Program-made: the position numbers and the translations under genes | Virus record (IMG/VR): IMGVR_UViG_3300025121_000011 | Coordinates: 248,001-312,000 of that record | DNA length: 64,000 nucleotides | Reading direction: 5' to 3' (one strand) | Notes under the pieces: model-generated | Told to the model about the DNA's origin: nothing | The model's database searches: none | What the model saw: the letters and a program-made list of their open reading frames with translations, nothing else | In this document: piece after piece, positions 10,430 to 20,250 of the stretch | Numbering within the stretch: position 1 is the stretch's first letter | Layout of the letters: each line of letters opens with the position of its first letter

Positions 10430-10741
10430 ATGAGGCGGTTTGTCTTGATAGATACCGAAATCACGGCAGAATGGAACGATGATATCTGGGATGATTTTCA
10501 CCTTGTATGGTCCATTCCGGAGGTTCCGGGGTTGTTTCAAGCTCTAAAAGCAGCTCTGAAAGAGGAGCCGAGTCCCATAACCCTTGTTGCAGGGGTTTTG
10601 GATACCCTAAGGCATCCCGAGGTTTGGAGGGTTTTGGAGGCTAAAACGAGTCATTCTGCTGCCTCGATTATCCTTGGTATCGGCCGTCAGGAGGTTCTTG
10701 CTGCTATAAACTGGTTGGAAGTTGATTCGGATCAACTGTAA
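10430..10741 (+). CDS. hypothetical cassette protein
   Basis: Follows header; AGGAG RBS. Confidence 0.6.
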   Translation: MRRFVLIDTEITAEWNDDIWDDFHLVWSIPEVPGLFQALKAALKEEPSPITLVAGVLDTLRHPEVWRVLEAKTSHSAASIILGIGRQEVLAAINWLEVDSDQL

Positions 10742-10919
10742 ATGGGTTTTTGGGGTAAATAGAGGTAGGTCCCTATAGGGTTAAAATACCTCTATTATAG
10801 GTTTATAGGTTGGCACGGAACCTGCATTAAGCAGATATCATGCCAAACAGGGTTTAAGGATAGAATAAGTTTACTCTAAAAAGATATCCTCTGGAGTAAC
10901 TAATGACTGAGAGGTAAAC

Positions 10920-11399
10920 ATGATTGCAACCAATCGTTCTATTCTTGACCTGTTTCGTACTGTGGCTAAACGATGGTGGTATTTCCAGGAGCTTCGTAAT
11001 TGCGGACGCGAATCCGAAGCACGACGACTGGAAAGGGATTCCGTTCTGGAGAAAGTCTCTTCTCTTCGGAAAGTCAATACTCGTGGTGTCGTGGTGATTC
11101 GCGATCTTGGCACCTGTGGATATCCCGGTGAGGCATGGTGGCAGTATGTTGACGGTAACTCCACTGTGACCACGACCGGTGGTAGTTGGGAGTTTGTTCA
11201 GGCGGCGTATCGTTACGGTTGTCTCATGGTGGACGTGTCGCACTTGACCGTCGGTCAAAGGCTTCGCCTTCCGAATCCCATGGGATATGCCGATGATGAT
11301 TGGCGGGAAGCATTGATGAAGTTTGTGAAAGAAGTCAAAATGGAGGGTGGGGTAGTGTTCAACGACAGAAACCTCTTCTGCGACGATTCCGATGTGTGA
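10920..11399 (+). CDS. hypothetical cassette protein
   Basis: Dyad, header and GAGG RBS upstream; hairpin terminator near 11486. Confidence 0.7.
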   Translation: MIATNRSILDLFRTVAKRWWYFQELRNCGRESEARRLERDSVLEKVSSLRKVNTRGVVVIRDLGTCGYPGEAWWQYVDGNSTVTTTGGSWEFVQAAYRYGCLMVDVSHLTVGQRLRLPNPMGYADDDWREALMKFVKEVKMEGGVVFNDRNLFCDDSDV

Positions 11400-11624
11400 A
11401 GACTCAAGGATGGTTGCATGGCGACGGTTTCAAGATGCAGCAATGCAGGCCCTTACTACCTGACAGACTGAACTCCGGAAGGAAGGGGGGCGCAAAGCGC
11501 CCCGCCTTTGTTTCTGTATCTGAGTTGGCATAGTTTTTGCTTAATGCAGTTATCGTGCCAATGCATACACACCGGTTACTCTAAAAAGATATCTTCTTAA
11601 GTAATAAAGAGTTGAGAGGTAAAC

Positions 11625-11975
11625 ATGGCTTCCTATAAGCAACTTTCTGCGCTTCCTGCACTTGCATACCTGAATCCAGAAAACTTCCGAACGGAGTATG
11701 ACAATCTGCCTGAAGACGATTACCGTGTTCGTCAGTATCAGAAAGGCAGAAAGTATGGAGAAGGAGGTACCACGCTGTATATCAGCGTTGAATCCGTTTG
11801 GAGTGTAGACGGATATAACGGGAATGGATTCGTTTCGTCTTCAGAAGGTATTGGCTACCATAGCTGTACCGCCGATCTACTAAGGGGGTTTCTCGACAGT
11901 GGGATTAAGATCGTCGTGATTCGTCGTTGCGAATACGGTGTAACTGAAACTGTAATCAAGGAGGGCAAGATATAA
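11625..11975 (+). CDS. hypothetical cassette protein
   Basis: Dyad, header and GAGG RBS upstream. Confidence 0.7.
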   Translation: MASYKQLSALPALAYLNPENFRTEYDNLPEDDYRVRQYQKGRKYGEGGTTLYISVESVWSVDGYNGNGFVSSSEGIGYHSCTADLLRGFLDSGIKIVVIRRCEYGVTETVIKEGKI

Positions 11976-12272
11976 TGTGGGCAACGTGGCCTAACGGCAG
12001 GGACGCCTTTTGTTTTGACACGATGGTTGGGTCCGCTGGTTGGACCTGGAGTAACATCTATCTGGTTGAAGTTTGGTTCCTGGGTATGACCGTAGTGTAT
12101 GGTAGCCGCTGGTATGCAGAGGCATAGACCAGAATAGAAGCGGGGTTATATCGTTTAATCCGTCGTGCTTTGGCATAGAACATGCATTAAGCAAAGACTG
12201 TGCCAAGTCGAACACCGGCGACAATAAGTTAACTCTAAAAAGATATCTTCCGAAGTAATAAAAAGATAAGAG

Positions 12273-12716
12273 GTGAATATGGAATCGAAAGTGCTTTTCG
12301 TTGCGCTGTGTCTCGACGACGAATCTCAGGCCAGCCTATCCAGGGTTGCGAGGTTTGAAGTATCCCATCCGAATCGGATCGTTCTGGCTTTTAATCCCGG
12401 GATGGATGTAGAAGGGGAATACTCCGGTCGATCGCGATTGGGTGAATGGTTTGAGATTCCGTTTGATCGGATGGCGGTAGGAAACGGCATTGAAGCGGTG
12501 AGCATTATCATGCCCGAGGGGCTTACCTGCTATGAGGAAGTGCCGCACGTCGTGGTTTCTCATAGGGTTGAGATCACAGAGGTATATTCATTCTACCTCT
12601 TTGATCCTGATCTGGCATATATTGTATCATCTCGCCCGTTCAAAGGATCTTGTCGTGCTCGCCTCGGATTCGTCATGGCAGATGGAACAACTCGGTTCCA
12701 TAACCCAACGGAATAA
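12273..12716 (+). CDS. possible degenerate 2H-phosphoesterase-fold protein
   Basis: FVALCLDDESQASL..HPNRIVLAF..IEAVSI..PHVVVS resembles the two-His layout of 2H enzymes; HxT motifs are degenerate. Confidence 0.35.
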   Translation: MNMESKVLFVALCLDDESQASLSRVARFEVSHPNRIVLAFNPGMDVEGEYSGRSRLGEWFEIPFDRMAVGNGIEAVSIIMPEGLTCYEEVPHVVVSHRVEITEVYSFYLFDPDLAYIVSSRPFKGSCRARLGFVMADGTTRFHNPTE

Positions 12717-12723
12717 ATAAAAA

Positions 12724-12751
12724 GAATGCCCCGATTTTAGTCGGGGCATTC
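12724..12751 (+). terminator. hairpin terminator
   Basis: GAATGCCCCGATTTTAGTCGGGGCATTC. Confidence 0.7.
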
Positions 12752-12758
12752 CGGTGTC

Positions 12759-12801
12759 TGCATTTATGGCGTTTGCATTTATGGCGTTTGCATTTATGGC
12801 A
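12759..12801. repeat. 15-bp tandem repeat, about 3 copies, abutting a dyad
   Basis: TGCATTTATGGCGTT repeated. Confidence 0.85.
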
Positions 12802-12904
12802 TGACTATTGCATTAAGCAAAGGGCATGCCAATATTAATGTCTGCGTCTATGCGGATAACTCTAAAAAGATATCTTCCGAAGTAATAAAGTAACAAAGGA
12901 GGAA

Positions 12905-13171
12905 ATGATGCTCACTTTCGTAAGCAAGCTCTCTACCCCGACGCGATATGTCGTCCTTTGCGGGGACAAGATCAGTATGATCAAGGCCGTTCGGTTGCTC
13001 ACAGGTTCTGGGTTGAAGGAGGCAAAAGATGCTGTTGAAGCCGAGAACCCGGACATGAGGGTTGGCTTTGATATCTTCATTGTAAAAGTCTACTATCAGG
13101 AGGCGCATGCACAAGAGATTCGTGATGTCGTCAATACGTTGACGCGGGTTGGTTTCGTGCTTCCTTATTAG
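12905..13171 (+). CDS. ribosomal protein bL12 C-terminal-domain-like protein
   Basis: DKISMIKAVRLLTGSGLKEAKDAVE matches the bL12 CTD consensus KIxVIKxVRxxTGLGLKEAKDxVE. Confidence 0.8.
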   Translation: MMLTFVSKLSTPTRYVVLCGDKISMIKAVRLLTGSGLKEAKDAVEAENPDMRVGFDIFIVKVYYQEAHAQEIRDVVNTLTRVGFVLPY

Positions 13172-13186
13172 CACGAAAGAACCAGG

Positions 13187-13215
13187 AAGCCCCGGCAGTT
13201 GTTTCGCCGGGGCTT
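13187..13215 (+). terminator. hairpin terminator (near-identical copy at about 15925-15953)
   Basis: AAGCCCCGGCAGTTGTTTCGCCGGGGCTT followed by a T-rich tract. Confidence 0.75.
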
Positions 13216-13342
13216 TCTTCTGTGTATCACTCTTGGCATATAACTTGCATTAAGCAAAGAGCGTGCCAAGTTAAGATATCGGTGGCAATAAGTTAACTCT
13301 AAAAAGATATTTTATGAAGTAATAAAGAGCTAAGAGGTAAAC

Positions 13343-13615
13343 ATGGATACACCCATTCCGTTTCCAGAGATTGCGAATCCGACGCCATTTCAAGTGAAGG
13401 GGGTAAACATCTGGTTTCTTCCGGGTGAGGATCATTTCATCGCAATGGTACATCTGTCTGTATCCGAGCGTGACTTGCGAACTTGGCACTGGCACAATAC
13501 AACCTCTTGCACCGGGAAGGATGAATGCAGTCGAGACGGTTTCTCATGGTATACCATGAGAAAAGAATCTGAAAAGGGAGAGGTGCTATACATGAGTAAT
13601 CACAAGGCGCTGTAA
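13343..13615 (+). CDS. hypothetical cassette protein
   Basis: Dyad, header and RBS upstream. Confidence 0.65.
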   Translation: MDTPIPFPEIANPTPFQVKGVNIWFLPGEDHFIAMVHLSVSERDLRTWHWHNTTSCTGKDECSRDGFSWYTMRKESEKGEVLYMSNHKAL

Positions 13616-13990
13616 CTCTAAAAAGATCTTCTCCAGAGTAAGAAAAGGACATAGGAGTCCAGAATGATTCGAAAGCATAGTGTCCGTGAAGTTGTAAAGG
13701 TCGCAGAAAGCGATTTCATGACGGAAGAGGAGAGGGCATATCGAAGTGATCGGTGGAGCCGGCGAAAGGGGAAGATGAAGGGGAAGGGGAAACAAGAGGA
13801 TCGCGGGAAAAACCGCGATTTTGATGAAGGGGGGTATTGAGAAGAGACGGGGAGGGGCACGGAAATCCGTGCCCTTCCTTTTGATATATAAGGTTGGCAT
13901 AGAACATGCATTAAGCAAAGACCGTGCCAACGTGTATACAGATAAGTCTAAAAATATATTCTTCGTAGTAACTAATCGACGGAGGTACCA

Positions 13991-14362
13991 ATGCGAACCA
14001 TTACGCGTATGTTTCTGATCCAGGGACTGTCAACCGTTGCCGGTGTCAGTGGTTGCACGATTCTGATCTCTGAGATTGCGTTCCTTGAGGGTATCGATCC
14101 GATGTCCCTGGTAATCCTGGCGATTACATCAATCGTATCTGGAGGGGCATCTATCATTCTGATCATGACGCTTCCCAAGGCTTCCAAGGTAGAAAGCTCC
14201 GCATATGTGGGCGAGGATACGGATGATATTGAAACGGAGGAGATGGCCGATCCTTATGCCTACTGGGATGCCTATGGTTCCGGAACCACTTACCCGGAAG
14301 ATCGGGAAGCTATCATCGGTCGCATCGGAAACAATGGAATCGTGGTACGATTCGGAAAGTAA
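13991..14362 (+). CDS. membrane protein with acidic C-terminal tail
   Basis: Two hydrophobic segments; GGAGG RBS. Confidence 0.65.
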   Translation: MRTITRMFLIQGLSTVAGVSGCTILISEIAFLEGIDPMSLVILAITSIVSGGASIILIMTLPKASKVESSAYVGEDTDDIETEEMADPYAYWDAYGSGTTYPEDREAIIGRIGNNGIVVRFGK

Positions 14363-14513
14363 TCTCAAGGGGCTTTGCCCTATTCAATGTGGCATAGAAC
14401 ATGCATTAAGCAAAGACTGTGCCAAGTCAAACACCGGCGGGAATAAGTTAACTCTAAAAAGATATCTTCCGAAGTAATGAATAGGTGTAAGGAAACAAAG
14501 CAAAGAGGCTCCT

Positions 14514-15197
14514 ATGAAAAGCGCTCACCACTCAAACGAGATCATTGATGAAATGATCGCTACCCGAAGGGAATCAAACCCGGAAGAAGTCTGGACACGA
14601 GATGTTCCCGCGATTCACCAGAATCGCATTCTCGGAAATAATGTCACCGTGGCGGCGGAAAGTGATGCGGGGCGTGGTGCTCCGGTTCTTGATCTCTATG
14701 GATTGGTTCCAATCTGTGGGGGAGCGATTACCGATGAAGTGCTGATCTCTGTCAAGAGTACGGAAGGAGCCGATCGGATCACGGGTAGAACCTGTGTGTT
14801 CACTACGGGAACTGAGAGGCACATCAGGGCGATTCTGGCGCAACTCATGAATCCTGACGTTTCAATCCCGGTGCTTTTCGTGCACCGAAACACCACGAAT
14901 GGTCAATGGGTACAGACGTCTTTCGATGCCTGCAAAGTGGTCCGGGCCTTGTATAATCTTCAGGGTGAGGGAGATTACTGCGAAGATTCTCCTGCGAAGT
15001 GGTCGACAGGAAAGCGGGGCGTTCCAATGGTGGTTCGTGTGCGAGAGCAGATCTATAAAGATACCGTCTATTACTATCACCAGATTCGGTTCAATATGGC
15101 TCCGCTGATCGCCATGGGTTTGGTGCCAGAATGGCGAAAGGTGAATAGCCCGACACTTGAGTTGGACGACGACACCGATACGATCGCGTCAATGTAG
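14514..15197 (+). CDS. hypothetical protein, possibly PD-(D/E)xK nuclease-like
   Basis: LDLYG...LISVKS could be a variant catalytic motif; weak. Confidence 0.45.
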   Translation: MKSAHHSNEIIDEMIATRRESNPEEVWTRDVPAIHQNRILGNNVTVAAESDAGRGAPVLDLYGLVPICGGAITDEVLISVKSTEGADRITGRTCVFTTGTERHIRAILAQLMNPDVSIPVLFVHRNTTNGQWVQTSFDACKVVRALYNLQGEGDYCEDSPAKWSTGKRGVPMVVRVREQIYKDTVYYYHQIRFNMAPLIAMGLVPEWRKVNSPTLELDDDTDTIASM

Positions 15198-15378
15198 AAT
15201 GTAGGTGTAAAGAAAGCCGTCCGGATGGGCGGCTTTTCGTTATTTCATAACTAATGTGGTATAAGTATTGCATTAAGCAAGTATCATGCCAACGCATGCA
15301 TCTGGATAACTCTAAAAATATTTTCTGTAGAGTAATAAAGAACTGTGAGTAACCATCGTCTGACATTCGGGAGGCATA

Positions 15379-15609
15379 ATGTTTGGAATCTACCGTCTGC
15401 ATTCAGGCCGACCCCGGCTGCATTACCGTGGAACACTTGAACATCTACTGGTAAAGTTGTGCGCCGATTCCATGTATGCAAATGCAGCGCCAATGACAAG
15501 AGCGCGTGCATGCGGTATCGAGGGGACGATCGATGAAGTTACCGCATTCTTTGCGGCGGGTGGGAAGCGGTGGGGTGGCGGAGCGTACTACCTTGTTCAA
15601 GAGGCTTAA
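15379..15609 (+). CDS. hypothetical cassette protein
   Basis: GGAGG RBS after header. Confidence 0.6.
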   Translation: MFGIYRLHSGRPRLHYRGTLEHLLVKLCADSMYANAAPMTRARACGIEGTIDEVTAFFAAGGKRWGGGAYYLVQEA

Positions 15610-15663
15610 AGGGTTCATCTCCAAAAATATATCGTCTTAAGTAATAAAGGAACACAGGAGAAG

Positions 15664-15909
15664 ATGATGCTCACTTTGCGATATTTCACCCTTCGCGGGG
15701 ACAAGATCAGCGTGATCAAGGCTGTTCGGTCGTTCACAGGTTTGGGCCTCAGGGAAGTAAAAGATGCTGTCGAAGATGCGAACCCGGGAAAAGTGATGGC
15801 GGATTATGATATCTTCACCATGAAACTTTATTATCCGAAGGAGCAAGAACAAGAGATTCGTAATGTCGCCTGTATGTTGATGGATGTAAGTTCCGTGTTT
15901 CCCCATTAG
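15664..15909 (+). CDS. bL12 C-terminal-domain-like protein (paralog of 12905-13171)
   Basis: DKISVIKAVRSFTGLGLREVKDAVE; downstream terminator also duplicated. Confidence 0.8.
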   Translation: MMLTLRYFTLRGDKISVIKAVRSFTGLGLREVKDAVEDANPGKVMADYDIFTMKLYYPKEQEQEIRNVACMLMDVSSVFPH

Positions 15910-16084
15910 CGCGAAAGAAATAGGAAGCCCCGGCGGTTGTTTCGCCGGGGTTTTTCTGTGTATCACTCTTGGCACATAACTTGCTTAATGCAAGTGTCAT
16001 GCCAGCATATAAATAAGTATCTTATGCCGTGGCGGCAAAAGAATCACAATAACTCTAAAAAGATATCCTCCGGAGTAACTAAGA

Positions 16085-16600
16085 GTTGCCAGCACAAAAC
16101 GAGTAAAAGAAGTAAACGAGGAAAAGAATAAGTACCCGCTGGTCTCTCAAATCTTAGTAACAAAAAGAGGTGCATATGCCTGGTTGATAAGGTTCTCACC
16201 TAATGTCGTCTAAAACTTTGGTTCCTTAAGTTGAGCGCGACTTCCGAGGCATCGGAAGGAAATACCGGCAAATAACGGTTCTATGGTCGCGCCAGGGGGC
16301 GGGCCACTAAAAGAATCGTTCGCGCTCAGTCGAGAATAAGCAGGTTAAAGATACTTTTGCGCCGCTCGACAACCTACTTCTGTCGATGAAATAACCCGCA
16401 CACCGCTTTTTACATAGCCGCAACGGAAGGGGCACACCTGTTAGCTTTGCATATCCTAATATTCCATAGGGATATGTGCGGGCTGGAATCAACAGGGAAG
16501 TGCGAACCCGGTCAAGGCAAAGAGACGGAAGCCTGTTAGGGTTGATAGAGAGAGATAGGAATAAGATGCCCAAGGAGACGCGCGCTCCTTGGGTTTCTTT
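16085..16600 (+). ncRNA. candidate structured ncRNA cassette
   Basis: Full dyad and header upstream, terminator at 16569-16593, no credible + strand ORF between them, several hairpins. Confidence 0.45.
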
Positions 16601-16777
16601 TTGTTTAAAAGTAGTTTGGCATGAGACTTGCATTAAGCAAAGGCCATGCCAATGTATATGCGTATGACTAATGAATGGATAGATATTGTGGCGGCAAAAG
16701 AATCACAATAACTCTAAAAAGATATCCTCTGGAGTAACTAAGGACTGTAAGAACCCTAACCACCAACGAGGTACCTC

Positions 16778-17266
16778 ATGCGCCCTATCAAGCTTTCTCG
16801 AATCGTCATTCGCAGTGCCACCGTCGTTCGCTCTTGGCTTGAACGATGGAACGATTCCGCCCGTTCCATCTGGGAAGCTCAGGTTCCTGAGGGCCTTCCT
16901 CCGCTGGTTGTTTGCGAGGTTACCGTTCCGGGGGCATCGAAGGATGATGCGGAGAACCCCAATAAGGGGAATGTGGTAATGCTGGTCCCGACGGAAGAAG
17001 TGGACGACATGATGGAGGAGTTGCTTTTGCAGGCCAACGAGGGTCGACCGGCCACGGCGGCGGAGGTTGTCCGGAAGACGGCCACTTGGATCGATATTGG
17101 AACCGAAGACGCACCGAATCTGATTTTTTCGTTCAAGGTTTCTGAGGCTCCTGGCAGTCGAACAATCAAGGTTGCCGAGAGTGATCTTCCCCTGTTCCTT
17201 ACCGGTCTCAATCTGAGGTTCAAGTCGTTGATTGTCCAGTGGAATGACGCCCATCCGGACAAGTAG
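16778..17266 (+). CDS. hypothetical cassette protein
   Basis: Dyad, header and GAGG RBS; purine tract and hairpin downstream. Confidence 0.7.
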   Translation: MRPIKLSRIVIRSATVVRSWLERWNDSARSIWEAQVPEGLPPLVVCEVTVPGASKDDAENPNKGNVVMLVPTEEVDDMMEELLLQANEGRPATAAEVVRKTATWIDIGTEDAPNLIFSFKVSEAPGSRTIKVAESDLPLFLTGLNLRFKSLIVQWNDAHPDK

Positions 17267-17510
17267 AGAAAGAAAGAAAGAAAGGAGGGAAGGGGCGCAT
17301 GCGCCCCTTCCCTTTAAACCTGTAGAATGAAGGGCGGATATATCCGTCCTTTTCGTGTATCTTTATTTTAGTTGGTATGGTTCTTGCATTAAGCATATAT
17401 CATGCCAACGCATATTATGTTAACACATACACATACCCATGGCGGCAAAAGATTTGCAGTATCTCTAAAAAGATATCTGCTGTAGTAACTAAGGGCTGTG
17501 AGAAACCACT

Positions 17511-17557
17511 AACAGAGTTACCCAACAGAGTTACCCAACAGAGTTACCCAACAGAGT
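17511..17557. repeat. 13-bp tandem repeat, about 3.6 copies
   Basis: AACAGAGTTACCC repeated. Confidence 0.9.
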
Positions 17558-17566
17558 GAGGTTCTT

Positions 17567-17791
17567 ATGGCTTTTTCTTTTGATGAATACAATAATCGTC
17601 CTTATACTTTCATCGCGGATCAAGATGAAGTAGATGACGATTGGTCAGACGACGATGATGATTGGAGCGAACCCTCTGAAAATGATATGTGGGAATCGTT
17701 CCCTGATGATGATGACGACTACACGACGAATGACCCTGACAACGACTATTACATAGAACCCGACTACACGGAATCCAATAAGGACTACTGA
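17567..17791 (+). CDS. very acidic small protein
   Basis: D/E-dominated 74-aa ORF with GAGG RBS. Confidence 0.6.
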   Translation: MAFSFDEYNNRPYTFIADQDEVDDDWSDDDDDWSEPSENDMWESFPDDDDDYTTNDPDNDYYIEPDYTESNKDY

Positions 17792-17829
17792 TAAGGAATA
17801 CTGAGGGATTGGACATCATTGGAGCGAGA

Positions 17830-18330
17830 TGTCATGATGGTTCGCTCTACCCATGCCCCTTAAGTGGGTGTTACCAACAAGGAGTTAGGAATGTATAAGA
17901 ATAAGAATAAGAATAACTCTGGACGGGATTTATCCTGTTCACCAGCAGGATAAGCTGCTGGGAGCAAAGTAGGCCGTGAGAGCTTTGGATACCTTCTGTC
18001 TGACAGCAGAGGGCAAACGAAAAAGCAAGCCGAAAAGCTTGGTGTGAGGGATGCGAAGACAGAGACCTGTCAGGTCTGGTCGTTCACCTAAAACCCTCCC
18101 TTGGTCCGCCGTGTGTGCAGATTAACTTAAGAATGCGTGTCCGGATACGCAAACTGAGACACTGATGCGCACATAGGGTAAGCGGGCCTATTTTAGTAAC
18201 TAAAACGGAGAAAGTTAAAACAAAAAAGGAAATAAGCGATTCTGCCCTGGGTCTGATACAGTGGGGTTCGTCACTTAGAAGGTTCATAACCTCTTGGACG
18301 ACAACGACTGCCAGACCCAGGGCGTTTCAT
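17830..18330 (+). ncRNA. candidate structured ncRNA
   Basis: About 500 nt without a credible + strand ORF; perfect 12-bp long-range stem 18244-18255/18312-18323 and multiple hairpins. Confidence 0.45.
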
Positions 18331-18477
18331 TGTTTAAAGATTACTTGGCATGAGACTTGCATTAAGCAAATGTCATGCCAACGCACGTATAAGCATTTTA
18401 TACTCTGGCGGCAAAAGAATAACATCATCTTTAAAAATATATTCTTTGTAGTAACTAACATCTGAAAGGAGGCTGAG

Positions 18478-19350
18478 ATGGCAATGATTTCCAAAGATGA
18501 AATGCTTGCGCGAGTAGTTGACCCTATTCTTGAGGCAATGAAAGAGGGAAAGCTGCTATGGCTTCAAGGATGGAATGTGGGTGCGGGTGCGGGTCTCCCT
18601 TATAACCCGACCAAAGCATCTAATAAGCAAGCGTATCGAGGTGCGGTCAATAACATCTTGATGTGGTTTGCGTCCGCTGCTAATGGTTGGGGCGACCCTC
18701 GTTGGATGGGTTTTGCTCAAGCGAAAACAAAAGGATGGCGAGTTCGGAAGGGGGAGGAGTCGACCCAAATCTATGCTCCAATCATGGGTTCGTATCCGAT
18801 TGAAGAGAACGGCCAAAAGGTTTGGAGAAAATATGTCAAGGGCTTCAACCCTGTTCATGTTTTCAATGCCCAACAGGTGGATGGAATCCCCGCGATTGAA
18901 AAGGCTGGAACCTTGGATGTCTCCACCGGATATGCTGCCGCAGAGGACATGTATAAGGCTATGAACGTGCAAACGATTCATGGCGGTAATGTGGCTGCAT
19001 ATGCATATCAGGTTGACATCATTAGGATGCCGGAACCAGAAATGTTTGTGGGCGCAGATGAATACCACGCTACGCGCTTGCATGAAATGGGGCATGCGAC
19101 GGGGCACCCGTCTCGCATGGATAGAAGGATGTTCGGAACAGGGTTACAGGATTACGCTCAGGAAGAGCTTGTAGCGGAGTTGTTTGCTGCTTTCGCATGT
19201 GCAGACATTGGCGTATCCAAAGCTGAAATGACGCAGAATCATGCAGCATACCTCAAAAGCTGGCATGAGCGTCTAAGCAGGGAACCAAAAGCATTCATAG
19301 ATGCCGTATCGGCAGCATGGGAAGCTTTTGAGTTTGTTCGAAAACTGTGA
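18478..19350 (+). CDS. ardC: ArdC-family antirestriction/ssDNA-binding protein with zincin-like domain
   Basis: LPYNP..YRG..N..WMGFAQAK..GWRVRKGE; YHATRLHEMGHATGHPSRMDR; YAQEELVAE. Confidence 0.9.
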   Translation: MAMISKDEMLARVVDPILEAMKEGKLLWLQGWNVGAGAGLPYNPTKASNKQAYRGAVNNILMWFASAANGWGDPRWMGFAQAKTKGWRVRKGEESTQIYAPIMGSYPIEENGQKVWRKYVKGFNPVHVFNAQQVDGIPAIEKAGTLDVSTGYAAAEDMYKAMNVQTIHGGNVAAYAYQVDIIRMPEPEMFVGADEYHATRLHEMGHATGHPSRMDRRMFGTGLQDYAQEELVAELFAAFACADIGVSKAEMTQNHAAYLKSWHERLSREPKAFIDAVSAAWEAFEFVRKL

Positions 19351-19645
19351 TAGAGATTAATCTGGCAAAGAAGAGACAAGCGAAGAAGCTTGTTTCTTGC
19401 GTGAGATATTTGCATATGCACGCTTTGGAGTTGGTTCTTTTGTTTTTGGTGATAATTGTTTCGATACTGTTTGTTATCACCAGTTTTTAATAAAATAACG
19501 AGGTGCAGGGTTTGAGTTGGCACAGTTTTTGCTTAATGCAGTTATCGTGCCAATGCATACACACTAGTTTACTCTAAACTAGTTTACTCTAAAAAGATAT
19601 CCTCTGGAGTAACTAATGATTGTAATCCGCTAAGGAGGTGTTTTA

Positions 19646-20080
19646 ATGGCAAAGTTTCTGATCGACTTCCGTGATCCACCGAACTCCCTGGTCAAGTGTG
19701 TCAAGGCTCTTAAGAAGATTTCCGGAATGAGTTATAGGAGAGCAAAGGACGCCGCGATACTTACTGATCCGATCGTTGTGGAGATTCCGATGTTCTCCGA
19801 GAACAACGAAATCTCCCAAGGGATGATTAGGACTTGGTTTGCAGAGGAAATCGGTTGGACTATCATGGTTGGAAGTCCCAAAATGCTTCCCGACCGAACA
19901 GGACTCTTCACAATGCACTTTCGGAACGGATCCCGGATGGATTCGGTAAGGATTGAAGTGTTCGAGTTGGTGAACGATGGTAGTAGACCTGAGATTGATC
20001 GTTATTTCTTTTCCTATAAGGGAGATAGCCGTATGCAGAGCTTTTACAGCACGACCGATGACCACTATCTGACGGATTGA
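19646..20080 (+). CDS. protein with divergent N-terminal bL12-CTD-like helix-turn-helix
   Basis: SLVKCVKALKKISGMSYRRAKDAA. Confidence 0.5.
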   Translation: MAKFLIDFRDPPNSLVKCVKALKKISGMSYRRAKDAAILTDPIVVEIPMFSENNEISQGMIRTWFAEEIGWTIMVGSPKMLPDRTGLFTMHFRNGSRMDSVRIEVFELVNDGSRPEIDRYFFSYKGDSRMQSFYSTTDDHYLTD

Positions 20081-20250
20081 TACCCGGAAGAGCGGGGGCG
20101 CTTTGCGCCCCCTGCTCTTGTTTATGTATCTGAGTTGGCACAGTTTTTGCTTAATGCAGTTATCGTGCCAACGCATATATAGGCGGCAAAAGATTAACAG
20201 CATCTTTAAAAATATATTCTTTCGAGTAACTAATAGTTGAAAGGTAAATA

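Noticed and set aside
19565-19600. Duplicated ACTAGTTTACTCTAA in a header, and other short tandem duplications (12759, 17511, 40820)
   Set aside because: Most simply replication slippage; no evidence of function.
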